Shown here: piece after piece, positions 47,106-55,893 of the stretch
Layout: the number at the start of each line of letters is the position of its first letter
How positions within the stretch are numbered: the stretch's first letter is position 1
From: Kaistella sp.
GTDB taxonomy: Bacteria > Bacteroidota > Bacteroidia > Flavobacteriales > Weeksellaceae
DNA length: 64,000 nucleotides
Assembly (NCBI GenBank): GCA_019459085.1
Contig: JAIBEW010000034.1
Coordinates: forward strand, 18,767-82,766
Direction of reading: 5' to 3'
Made by a program: the position numbers and the translations under genes
The notes under the pieces: model-generated
Database searches by the model: none
Told to the model about the DNA's origin: nothing
What the model saw: the letters and a program-made list of their open reading frames with translations, nothing else

Positions 47106-47665
47106 ATATTAAAGGTAAAAAGGTAACACTCCGTGCAATAGAAAAAGAAGATCTTGAGCTCCTTCAGTATTGGTCCAATGACCCCGAAATCAATTATATG
47201 CTGGGCGGCTGGCATTTTCCATCCAGTAAGCAGGATCAGGAGAAATGGTTTCAGGGATTATCAGTAAACGGTAATCACCAAAGATTTGCGATTGATACCG
47301 ACGAGTTGGGGCTCATTGGGATGGCCAATCTGGTAGAAATCAACTGGAAGGACCGCAACGCCTTCCACGGAATGTTATTGGGTGACAGCAATATCCGGGG
47401 TAAAGGCTATGGTGTAGATACTGTAATGGCGATAAACCGGTATGCCTTTGAGGAATTAGGGCTGATGAGAATGGATACTACTATTATTGCCAATAATGCA
47501 CCTTCAATTGGCGTTTACACAAAGAAATGCGGCTGGATAATAGAGGGAATAAAAAAAAATCACTATTTTCGGAAAAATCAATGGATAGATCAGTTGATTA
47601 TCGGAATTACAAGAGATGATTATTTTAGTTTAATCGATGAGAACAAGTACTGGGATCATGATTAG
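47102..47665 (+). CDS. GNAT N-acetyltransferase (RimJ/RimL / PseH-like)
   Basis: 187 aa. Motifs VTLRAIEKEDLELLQYWSNDPEI and IRGKGYGVDTVMAINRYAFEELGLMRM. Confidence 0.7.
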   Translation: MNIKGKKVTLRAIEKEDLELLQYWSNDPEINYMLGGWHFPSSKQDQEKWFQGLSVNGNHQRFAIDTDELGLIGMANLVEINWKDRNAFHGMLLGDSNIRGKGYGVDTVMAINRYAFEELGLMRMDTTIIANNAPSIGVYTKKCGWIIEGIKKNHYFRKNQWIDQLIIGITRDDYFSLIDENKYWDHD

Positions 47666-48683
47666 GGAATTTGGTTCAGACTTTCATTACGTTAATGAAG
47701 CAGCATTCCGAACTGTTACCAGCGAATACCGGTTCTGGGAGGGAGCAGATTTGTTCTTTTCAGGACGTGCAGCTTTAAGAGCAATCCTGCTGAATGGCAT
47801 CAGGGAATTCCATTGGAAAAAACTGTATGTTCCGAGTTATTACTGTCATGAAGTTTACCATTTTATTAAGGATTTGCCGATCGTACTTGAATTCTACCGA
47901 GTAAGCCCATTTTTAAATAATCTGCCCGATGGCATCGATGACCGGAAAGAGAATGCAATACTCTTGGTCAGCTACTTTGGTAGCGCTGCTGCGAATGCTG
48001 CTCATCTTAAGAATATTATAAAAATTGAAGATATTACTCATGATCTGGAGACGCTTCATACCAGTACTGCCGATTATGTTTTTGGCTCTCTCCGGAAAGA
48101 ACTTCCTGTGCCGGTAGGAGGTTTTGTGAAATCTTCAGTAAATATTCCTGCGCTGCAATGGACCCTTGCGGCAGAGACGGCAGCTGCTGTGAAACTGAGC
48201 GGAATGGTTTTGAAAAGGCAATATCTAACAGGTGATTTTGACAACAAAGCAGTTTTTCGGGATTTACTTATTAAAGGGGAAAACAGTTTTGAAAATTTGG
48301 ATACCCACGGTGCACTGCCTGTTCTGGTAAAAGATTATCTCCTCAGTCTTCATGTAGAGAACATTCTAAAAGCCAAACGTATCAATTATCGCTCTATCAG
48401 AGCACATCTTTTACCGGTAGCGGAATTTTCGGTTGTGGATATTGAAAATCATAAGGGATTTGGTTTGGTTATGGTATTTCAGGAAGAGGATGTAAGAAAC
48501 AGTTTCCGGCACTATTTGATTCAACATTCCATCTATCCTGCTGTTTTATGGCCCGGTCAATTGAACCCGGAAGACAAGATGGTAGAAAATACGATCCTTG
48601 TGATTCATACCGATTTCAGATATTCGGAAGGAGATATGCAATATATCAGTGAGTTGATAAACAATTTTGATGCAAATGCTTGA
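47658..48683 (+). CDS. divergent DegT-like / PLP-fold protein (function unknown)
   Basis: 341 aa from the ATG at 47658 (ATGATTAG overlap with the upstream gene). Loose matches to DegT landmarks: SGRAALRAILL, YVPSYYCHEV, IEDITHD, FGSLRKELPVPVGG. Confidence 0.4.
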   Translation: MIREFGSDFHYVNEAAFRTVTSEYRFWEGADLFFSGRAALRAILLNGIREFHWKKLYVPSYYCHEVYHFIKDLPIVLEFYRVSPFLNNLPDGIDDRKENAILLVSYFGSAAANAAHLKNIIKIEDITHDLETLHTSTADYVFGSLRKELPVPVGGFVKSSVNIPALQWTLAAETAAAVKLSGMVLKRQYLTGDFDNKAVFRDLLIKGENSFENLDTHGALPVLVKDYLLSLHVENILKAKRINYRSIRAHLLPVAEFSVVDIENHKGFGLVMVFQEEDVRNSFRHYLIQHSIYPAVLWPGQLNPEDKMVENTILVIHTDFRYSEGDMQYISELINNFDANA

Positions 48684-49689
48684 CTTTGAAGTTATTGAGA
48701 ATGATCCGGAAAGTTGGGATGCTATTGTGAAAAGTTCATTACAGTATGATTTTCACCATACTGCCTATTTTCATAAGATCGATAATCCCCACAGTTCCCG
48801 TTTGCTCTATTTCGGCAGCGGCAAAAGTTTTATTGCCTTACCCGTAGTCATCCGCCCCATAGAAGGAAGTTCTTTTTTTGATATCACTTCAGTCTACGGC
48901 TACGCCGGGCCGATATACCGTTTTGAAAACGATGCAAAAAAAGAAGAGTTAATTTCCTTTTTCCGCAAAATATTTCAGGACTTCTGTGCATCCCATCATA
49001 TTGTGTCTGTATTCAGCCGCCTTCATCCACTCATCAGTCAGCTGGAGATCCTGGAGGGGCTTGGGGAGATTGCGGATTTAAACCAAACCGTGACAATTGA
49101 TTTAACTATCCAGCCGGAATTGCAGCGTTCTGCCTACCGAAAATCGCTTAAATCGGAACTTAACCAGTTGCGCAGAAAGGATTACCTGGTAACAAAAGCC
49201 ACCTCCCGCGAAGAAACGGATGCTTTTATCACAATCTATTATGAAACAATGGACCGGGTACAGGCAGCGCCGGAATATTACTTTTCGCGGGAATATTTTT
49301 ATGAGTTTCTCAACAATCCATCTTTTGAGGCAAGCCTGCTCATTGCCAAAGACGGGGACCTGGTGATTGCAGGTGCTGTTTTCACCCATACTGAAAGCAT
49401 CATGCAGTATCATTTGGCAGGCACAGCCGGTGATTACAGCCGGGATACCCCAATGAAACTTATTTTGGATGAAGCCAGACTCCTGGGTAACAGTTCTAAG
49501 GCCGAGAGTCTTCATTTGGGCGGTGGAGTAGGTGGGAGCAGTGAGGATTCACTTTTCAAATTTAAATCCGCATTCTCTAAAGATTTTAAACAGTTTTCGG
49601 TGTGGAGGTATGTGGTAAACGAAGATGTATATGCGGTATTATCTGAAGGAAAGGCAAAGACCAACTTTTTTCCTCTTTACCGGTCCTGA
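48670..49689 (+). CDS. FemAB-like / GNAT-fold acyl(aminoacyl)transferase
   Basis: About 339 aa. The layout resembles FemAB-family proteins found in EPS loci (YDFHHTAYFHKI, SVYGYAGPIY, YRKSLKSELNQLRRKDYLV, MQYHLAGT). Assigned from memory only. Confidence 0.5.
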   Translation: MQMLDFEVIENDPESWDAIVKSSLQYDFHHTAYFHKIDNPHSSRLLYFGSGKSFIALPVVIRPIEGSSFFDITSVYGYAGPIYRFENDAKKEELISFFRKIFQDFCASHHIVSVFSRLHPLISQLEILEGLGEIADLNQTVTIDLTIQPELQRSAYRKSLKSELNQLRRKDYLVTKATSREETDAFITIYYETMDRVQAAPEYYFSREYFYEFLNNPSFEASLLIAKDGDLVIAGAVFTHTESIMQYHLAGTAGDYSRDTPMKLILDEARLLGNSSKAESLHLGGGVGGSSEDSLFKFKSAFSKDFKQFSVWRYVVNEDVYAVLSEGKAKTNFFPLYRS

Positions 49690-49788
49690 TTGGTGCAACC
49701 AAACTATAAGTCCAAAAAATTGAGGTACCAGCGGTACATAAGGCTTCCTCATTTATTTATTAAGAATATTCTTCCCTAAATTTCAACA

Positions 49789-50493
49789 ATGAACCATTTG
49801 TATATACTCAGTTTCTGGTCCAACCTTTTCATGGGTGCCGAAGATGCCGTTTTTCTTTTTGAAGTGCTGGTGCGTACTGTTATCATGTTTTTCATTATCA
49901 TTACCGGCCTGCGTTTTCTGGGGAAAAGAGGGGTCAAGCAGCTTTCGATCTTTGAACTCGTCGTGATCATCGGTTTGGGTTCCGCCGCCGGGGATCCCAT
50001 GTTTTACAAAGACGTCGGCATCCTTTCTTCCCTGCTGGTTTTCATCATTGTTATTGGCTTATATGCCCTGATCACCTATCTGTTGGGGAAATCCAAAAAG
50101 TTTGAAAATTTACTCGAAGGAAAATCAGTGTCCCTCATCGAACAGGGCATTTTTGCTGTAGATAATTTTAAAAAGGAAAATCTGGGAAGTGATGAATTTT
50201 TCTCAGAATTAAGATTAAAGGGCGTCTCCCACCTGGGTCAGATCGAAACCGCTATTCAGGAACCGTCGGGCGACATCTCTGTGTTTTTTTATACGGATGA
50301 AGAAACAAAGCATGGCCTTCCGATTATGCCCGATTCTTTAGATCAACCACTGGAGCATATTCATACGACAGATTTTTACGCTTGTGTGTTCTGCGGGTTC
50401 ACCGAAGAAAAAATACCCGGCCCCGCCGGATCCTGCTCCAACTGTGGCCACAAACACTGGGTAAAGGCGAGTAATAAGGTGAGGATTAAGTAG
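49789..50493 (+). CDS. DUF421 (YetF-like) membrane protein with a C-terminal CxxC-x13-CxxC zinc ribbon
   Basis: 234 aa. The N-terminal TM region has GLRFLGKRGVKQLSIFELVVIIGLGSAAGDP (DUF421 hallmark). The tail CVFCGFTEEKIPGPAGSCSNCGHKHW begins at 50383. Confidence 0.65.
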   Translation: MNHLYILSFWSNLFMGAEDAVFLFEVLVRTVIMFFIIITGLRFLGKRGVKQLSIFELVVIIGLGSAAGDPMFYKDVGILSSLLVFIIVIGLYALITYLLGKSKKFENLLEGKSVSLIEQGIFAVDNFKKENLGSDEFFSELRLKGVSHLGQIETAIQEPSGDISVFFYTDEETKHGLPIMPDSLDQPLEHIHTTDFYACVFCGFTEEKIPGPAGSCSNCGHKHWVKASNKVRIK

Positions 50494-50500
50494 GAGGGTT

Positions 50501-50556
50501 AAGAATCAAGAATCAAGAATCAAGAATCAAGAGCCGAGAGTCAAGAATCAAGAACG
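50501..50556 (+). repeat. tandem heptamer AAGAATC (4 perfect and 4 degenerate copies)
   Basis: Reads aagaatc x4 (50501-50528), then aagagcc gagagtc aagaatc aagaacg. It begins 8 nt after the DUF421 stop. Confidence 0.9.
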
Positions 50557-50570
50557 GTCAACTGAAGGCT

Positions 50571-50691
50571 AAGGTTAGGGAGGGATGCGCTGTGCTGGAT
50601 GCAGGAGGAGCAAAGAGCAAAGAGTCAGTACTAGGTCAAGGTTTAGGAGGGATGCGCAGTGCTGGATGCATAAGGAGCAAAGAACCAAGAC
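50571..50691 (+). repeat. 54-nt direct repeat, period 67
   Basis: 50571-50624 (aaggttagggagggatgcgctgtgctggatgcaggaggagcaaagagcaaagag) matches 50638-50691 (aaggtttaggagggatgcgcagtgctggatgcataaggagcaaagaaccaagac). Confidence 0.8.
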
Positions 50692-50833
50692 TTTGCTGGC
50701 TTATCTTCACCTTACCACCTTACCACATCGCTTTTGCCTAGCTTCCCACACGCCACATTACCACATTAGCAAATTATCTCATTACCCCATTTCCAACTTC
50801 GTAATTCGCATTTCGTCCTTCGTCCTTCGAACT

Positions 50834-51280
50834 TCATTTCACCGTCCCGTTTTGCTTTTCCAGTTCGGCCCTGAAGATCCTTTTTCTAAGGTCGCTCGAC
50901 GAAAACCGATGCGATCTTTTATTGTAAAAAATGGCAATTCCATTTTCTTCGCAGTACTGTTTACCGGTGAAATTCTTATCGCGGTAATCTTCCCCGATAA
51001 TGCGGATATCGATGATAAAAGATTTCAGGATGTCCTCGAGGTCTTCTTCAGCGTAGTAGCGAACGATTTCGTCCACTGCTGCCACAGCCTTCAGCTGAAT
51101 GTACCGCTCAATAATGGTCTGCGTCGGTTTGTTTTTATCCGGCCGGTCGTGCGACGGATCAATCTGCAGACCCACAATCAGATAATCACAGACGGTCTTG
51201 GCTTCTTCCAGCATTTTAATGTGTCCAGCGTGAAGCAGATCGAAGGATGAAAAAGTAATTCCGACAGTTTCTTTTTTCAT
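50834..51280 (-). CDS. cytidylyltransferase-family protein (TagD-like glycerol-3-phosphate cytidylyltransferase)
   Basis: 148 aa from the internal ATG (MKKETVGITFSSFDLLHAGH...). It has the HxGH motif FDLLHAGH and a C-terminal RSHRFSSSDLR resembling the RTxGISTT motif. Confidence 0.7.
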   Translation of the reverse strand: MKKETVGITFSSFDLLHAGHIKMLEEAKTVCDYLIVGLQIDPSHDRPDKNKPTQTIIERYIQLKAVAAVDEIVRYYAEEDLEDILKSFIIDIRIIGEDYRDKNFTGKQYCEENGIAIFYNKRSHRFSSSDLRKRIFRAELEKQNGTVK

Positions 51281-51876
51281 ATATTGTTTATCGAGTTCAA
51301 TAGGAGCAAATATATCATAAATTGTTGTACCCGACAATGAGTCACTATGTAGTAGATAGGAATAGGGCTTGTACCAGTTTTCCTCCAAGATCCTGCACGA
51401 AATGCGGTCGGTAACATTGGGTGAAAGAAAGCAATAAAGTGAAGATTAACTTAGAAGCTTAAGAATCAAGAGGTATCTTTTGATAAGGTAGCTGAGCGAA
51501 GTCGAAGAGCGCATGTTAAAATTTGCCATTTATTCAAAAAAAAGCAAAAAAAACAGCGGATTTTCTTATTTTTGTCAGATAGAGTGCTAAAAGGGATGTT
51601 GGTGTAGGAATTGTCTTTGGCACGGGCTTGGAAGTACAGTTGGAGTAGGGTGTTTGATATGCATACCATATGAGTTTGCTGCCGGATATCCGCATATTTT
51701 TTTTAACTTTCAAAAAATAGGGAAGCCGAAAGAAAGCGGAGAGTTCTTTACCAACGCTGCACATGAGTGGATGCCACTACGTTTTGAAGGTGCTGAACGA
51801 CCGATTTGAATCTCACTGCTTATGCAGATGCAGATACAGAAACAATAAAATTAAATATCAGTTATAAAAAAGGACA

Positions 51877-53016
51877 ATGAATTCTAAAATATGGCTCTCT
51901 TCCCCGCATATGGGCGGAAATGAACTGAAATACATCCATGAGGCTTTTGAAAAGAACTGGGTTGCGCCGCTGGGCCCGAATGTAAACGGCTTTGAGGCGG
52001 ATCTTGAAGGTTTTCTGGGGAATGACAGCCATGTTACGGCCCTGAGTTCGGGGACTGCCGCCCTGCACCTTGCGCTGATAAGTCTGCGGGTACAGGCGGA
52101 TGATGTAGTGTTCTGCCAAAGCATGACGTTTTCGGCTTCTGCAAATCCCATTGCCTACGTGTGCGCCAAACCGGTATTTATTGACAGCGAACCCGATACG
52201 TGGAATATGTGTCCGGAGTCGCTGAGAGAAGGCCTGACTGCAAGTGCAGCGGCGGGAAAACTGCCGAAAGCGGTGATCGTGGTGCATCTGTACGGAATGC
52301 CCGCAAAAATGGATGAAATCACAGCGATTTGCAACGAATTTGAAGTTCCCCTGATCGAAGATGCTGCAGAAGCCCTCGGCAGTACCTATAAAGGCCGCAA
52401 TTGCGGCACCTTCGGAGAAATGTCCATCCTGAGTTTCAACGGCAACAAGATCATTACGACCTCTGGGGGTGGTGCTCTGGTCTCGAAGAACAGAGGATAT
52501 AAGGACAAGGCGCTCTTTCTGTCGACCCAGGCGCGAGATGAAGCTCCGCATTACCAGCATTCTGAAATAGGCTATAACTACCGCCTCAGCAATGTATGTG
52601 CAGGAATCGGCCGCGGCCAGATGGAAGTGCTGAATGAGCGGGTAGCGGCCAGACGCAAGAACCATGATTTTTATGTGGATTTATTCAAAGATCTGGACGG
52701 GGTGGACGTATTTACCGAACCCAATACGGACTATTTTTCGAATCACTGGCTGTCAGCCATTACCGTAGATCCTGCGAAGGCAGGTTTTACGCGCGAAGAC
52801 CTGAGAATGAAACTGCTGGCAGACAATATTGAATCAAGGCCGCTCTGGAAGCCGATGCATCTGCAGCCTGTATTTAAAGGAGCCGGGTACTATGGCAACG
52901 GGGTCTCGGAAAACCTCTTTGAAAACGGCCTCTGCATGCCGTCGGGCTCGAACCTTGAACCCGTGCACTTTCAGCGGATCGGTACTGTGGTGAACCGGAT
53001 GATGAGCATGAGCTGA
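51877..53016 (+). CDS. DegT-family aminotransferase (PglE/EpsN/WbpE-like)
   Basis: 379 aa. Motifs LSSPHMGGNELKYIHEAFEKNWVAPLGPNV, SSGTAALHLAL, IEDAAEALG and SFNGNKIITTSGGG (Lys present). Confidence 0.85.
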   Translation: MNSKIWLSSPHMGGNELKYIHEAFEKNWVAPLGPNVNGFEADLEGFLGNDSHVTALSSGTAALHLALISLRVQADDVVFCQSMTFSASANPIAYVCAKPVFIDSEPDTWNMCPESLREGLTASAAAGKLPKAVIVVHLYGMPAKMDEITAICNEFEVPLIEDAAEALGSTYKGRNCGTFGEMSILSFNGNKIITTSGGGALVSKNRGYKDKALFLSTQARDEAPHYQHSEIGYNYRLSNVCAGIGRGQMEVLNERVAARRKNHDFYVDLFKDLDGVDVFTEPNTDYFSNHWLSAITVDPAKAGFTREDLRMKLLADNIESRPLWKPMHLQPVFKGAGYYGNGVSENLFENGLCMPSGSNLEPVHFQRIGTVVNRMMSMS

Positions 53017-53107
53017 AACGCCGGCCCGGAATTTATTTGAAACGTTGAATTTATTTGAAATACATGAACAACAGCTCTACTGCTTTTAACATGACCGATC
53101 AGAAACT

Positions 53108-55036
53108 ATGAAACTTAAAAGCCTTCAGAACAGGATTTACGGCGGCGACAATATCGTAAATCTGTCGGATGTACGCTACCTGCCCCGGTGGATTATTCTG
53201 CTCATTGATACCACACTGCTGCTTCTGGCCGTGCACCTTTCCTATTTCATCCTCGTCAAGTTGAATGTTGATCCATACAGCGTGCTGCCTCAGGCGCAGA
53301 AGTATGCCATTATTGTGGCAGTGAACATTGTGTTTATGTTTCTGTTCAAGACCTATGCGGGAATCATCCGGCATTCGTCGTTTATTGACCTCTCCAAGCT
53401 TCTGCTCGCGAGTTTCTGTACCCTGCTCACTTTAGGGTTCATTAACCTTGCCGTTACTGCGTTAGGAGGCTATTATATATTCCGTATTCCGGTCCTCATC
53501 ATCTATTTCACCGTATCGTTTATGATGCTGTTTGTGTTCAGACTGATGGTCAAGGAATTCTTTCAGCTGCTGAGAGAGTTCAGAAGGAGCAGTCTGAAGA
53601 AAAGGATTCTGGTGCTCGGCATTGACGAACAGGCGATTGCGATTGCGAGAGCAATTCTCGATACTCCGAATCTCCCGTTTCAGATTGTGGGTTTTCTCAC
53701 GCAGCGCAACGACTCACGCAGCGCAAAGCTTCTTGGTAAGCCTATTTTTGGCAGAGACCGCATCGAGCATTCAAATAAAAAAGACCTGGCTTTGGACGGG
53801 GTCCTCATCATCAAGGAAATGATGACGAAAGAAGAGATGAATGCGTGGGTGAACCTTTTTCTGGAAAAAGACCTGCAGGTGTTTAAGGCACCTTCGGTGC
53901 AGAAACTGCGCGACAGCGACCTGGGATCCAGCATCCGGACGCTGCAGATCGAAGACCTGCTGAACCGGAAACCGATTAAAATCGAAAATGAAGAAGTGAT
54001 CGTTCGCCACGCCGGCAAAAACATCCTGATTACGGGCGGTGCAGGATCCATCGGCAGCGAGATCGTACGACAGGTGGCCCTGTTTGAACCCGCCCTCATC
54101 GTGGTGCTGGATCAGGCCGAAACGCCGCTTCACGACATGGAGCTGGAAATGCGGGATAAATTTCCGCAGATCCATTTTAAATTTGTGCTGGCCGATATTT
54201 CAAACCGCCACCGTGTTGAACCGCTTTTTGACCGCTACCGCTTTTCGTTTGTGTATCATGCCGCCGCATACAAACATGTGCCGCTTATAGAGGCGAATCC
54301 GCATGAGGCGATCCTCGTGAATGTACTCGGAACCAAGATTGTGGCCTCCCTTTCGAGCAAATATGAGGTAAACCGTTTTGTAATGGTTTCTACAGACAAA
54401 GCCGTGAAGCCTACAAATGTAATGGGCGCATCGAAAAGAGCCGCAGAACTCTATGTTCAGGCCCTGCAGAATGTGGAAGGAAACAGGACCAAATTCATTA
54501 CCACCCGTTTCGGCAATGTGCTCGGATCAAACGGATCGGTGATTCCCCACTTTAAAAGACAGATTGAGAGCGGCGGTCCGCTGACCATTACGCATCCCGA
54601 TATCGTGCGGTATTTCATGACGATTCCCGAAGCCTGTGAACTTGTGCTGCAGGCCGGAACCATGGGTAAAGGAGGAGAAATATTCGTATTCGATATGGGA
54701 GAACCGGTGAAGATTCTGGATCTTGCCCGCCGCATGATCAAACTTTCGGGATTTGAACCCGATACCGACATCAAGATCATTTATACGGGACTGAGACCCG
54801 GGGAAAAGCTCTACGAGGAACTCTTGAGCGACGATGCCACCACAATGCCGACCCACCACGAGAAAATTATGGTATCCAGGGATACCAATATGGAATATCC
54901 GGACATTGAAAGGTATACGAACCTCATTATTAAATGTGCCCTGAGAAGGGAGAAAGTGGAAGTGGTGCAGCTGCTGAAAAAGATCGTTCCGGAATATAAA
55001 AGCAACAATTCGATTTATGAAGTATTGGACAAGTAA
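53108..55036 (+). CDS. membrane-bound UDP-GlcNAc 4,6-dehydratase (PglF/CapD/WbpM family)
   Basis: 642 aa. Four N-terminal TM helices, then an SDR domain (ILITGGAGSIGSE, YHAAAYKHVP, VSTDKAVKPTNVMGASKRAAE). Confidence 0.9.
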   Translation: MKLKSLQNRIYGGDNIVNLSDVRYLPRWIILLIDTTLLLLAVHLSYFILVKLNVDPYSVLPQAQKYAIIVAVNIVFMFLFKTYAGIIRHSSFIDLSKLLLASFCTLLTLGFINLAVTALGGYYIFRIPVLIIYFTVSFMMLFVFRLMVKEFFQLLREFRRSSLKKRILVLGIDEQAIAIARAILDTPNLPFQIVGFLTQRNDSRSAKLLGKPIFGRDRIEHSNKKDLALDGVLIIKEMMTKEEMNAWVNLFLEKDLQVFKAPSVQKLRDSDLGSSIRTLQIEDLLNRKPIKIENEEVIVRHAGKNILITGGAGSIGSEIVRQVALFEPALIVVLDQAETPLHDMELEMRDKFPQIHFKFVLADISNRHRVEPLFDRYRFSFVYHAAAYKHVPLIEANPHEAILVNVLGTKIVASLSSKYEVNRFVMVSTDKAVKPTNVMGASKRAAELYVQALQNVEGNRTKFITTRFGNVLGSNGSVIPHFKRQIESGGPLTITHPDIVRYFMTIPEACELVLQAGTMGKGGEIFVFDMGEPVKILDLARRMIKLSGFEPDTDIKIIYTGLRPGEKLYEELLSDDATTMPTHHEKIMVSRDTNMEYPDIERYTNLIIKCALRREKVEVVQLLKKIVPEYKSNNSIYEVLDK

Positions 55037-55070
55037 TTTAGAATTGTATATTTGTAAAAATTCTATTTTG

Positions 55071-55874
55071 ATGTCCCGAATGAACAGAACGATATTTCCC
55101 ATTTTTGCTTTTTTATTTGTGTTGGTTACCTCGTGCAAAACCCGGGATAAGACCAGTGAAATCAACTACATGCAGAATGTGGAGCAGCTGGCGGAAGAAA
55201 CGGCACAGAGAACCGCAGTCTCCACGATACAGAAAGGTGATATTCTCCAGGCATTCGTCACGGCGAAGGATATGGAAGTGGTACGCCCTTTTAACCAGAG
55301 TTACTATTCCCAATCCGGCGTTACTCCAACAGGGAGCTCGTCTCCGTCGGTTGAAAAGCAGTACCTGGTAAGTTCAGAAGGCACAATCGATTTTCCGGTA
55401 CTCGGAGTCCTGCAAACGGAGGGCAAGACTGTAGAAGCTCTTAAAGCCGAACTTATCCAACGCATTTCCGCTTACGTAAAATCACCAAACGTTTCCCTCA
55501 AACTTGTTAATTTCAAAGTTACGGTGCTCGGAGAGGTTGCAAGACCGGGCCAGTACACGATTCCTGAGGGGCAGACCACTTTGCTGAACGCTATTGGTTT
55601 GGCCGGTGACCTGACCATGTACGGTAAAAGAGATGATATCCTGGTGGTGCGGAATGAAAACGGAAATCTTACCAGGCAGCGCATTAACCTGATGAATGCT
55701 GAGTTCATCAATTCTCCTTATTTTCAGCTGAAGCAGGGCGACGTGATCTACGTATCCGCCAATCCCACGAAAGACAAAATCTCCCGTCTTGATCCCAACA
55801 CGGGTACCTATATTGCGATAGCCGGTACCATCATTGGCCTGGCCGGTATTTTTATCACCGTATTTAAAAATTAA
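55071..55874 (+). CDS. wza: polysaccharide export outer-membrane lipoprotein (Wza family), copy 2
   Basis: 267 aa from the ATG at 55071. Lipobox LVTSC. Same domain order as copy 1 (GDILQAFV..., [13 protein letters not shown]). Confidence 0.85.
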   Translation: MSRMNRTIFPIFAFLFVLVTSCKTRDKTSEINYMQNVEQLAEETAQRTAVSTIQKGDILQAFVTAKDMEVVRPFNQSYYSQSGVTPTGSSSPSVEKQYLVSSEGTIDFPVLGVLQTEGKTVEALKAELIQRISAYVKSPNVSLKLVNFKVTVLGEVARPGQYTIPEGQTTLLNAIGLAGDLTMYGKRDDILVVRNENGNLTRQRINLMNAEFINSPYFQLKQGDVIYVSANPTKDKISRLDPNTGTYIAIAGTIIGLAGIFITVFKN

Positions 55875-55893
55875 CTTCCATTATCTATCAACC

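Noticed and set aside
50585-51250. 221-aa + strand ORF
   Set aside because: Its first half translates low-complexity repeat words. Its second half is antisense to the TagD-like gene, which has clear family motifs (HxGH). It has no motifs of its own.
51862-52665. 267-aa - strand ORF
   Set aside because: It lies entirely antisense to the PglE-like aminotransferase, whose DegT motifs are unambiguous. The Arg/Ser-rich composition is typical of antisense frames.
54527-55165. 212-aa - strand ORF
   Set aside because: It is antisense to the PglF/CapD-like dehydratase.
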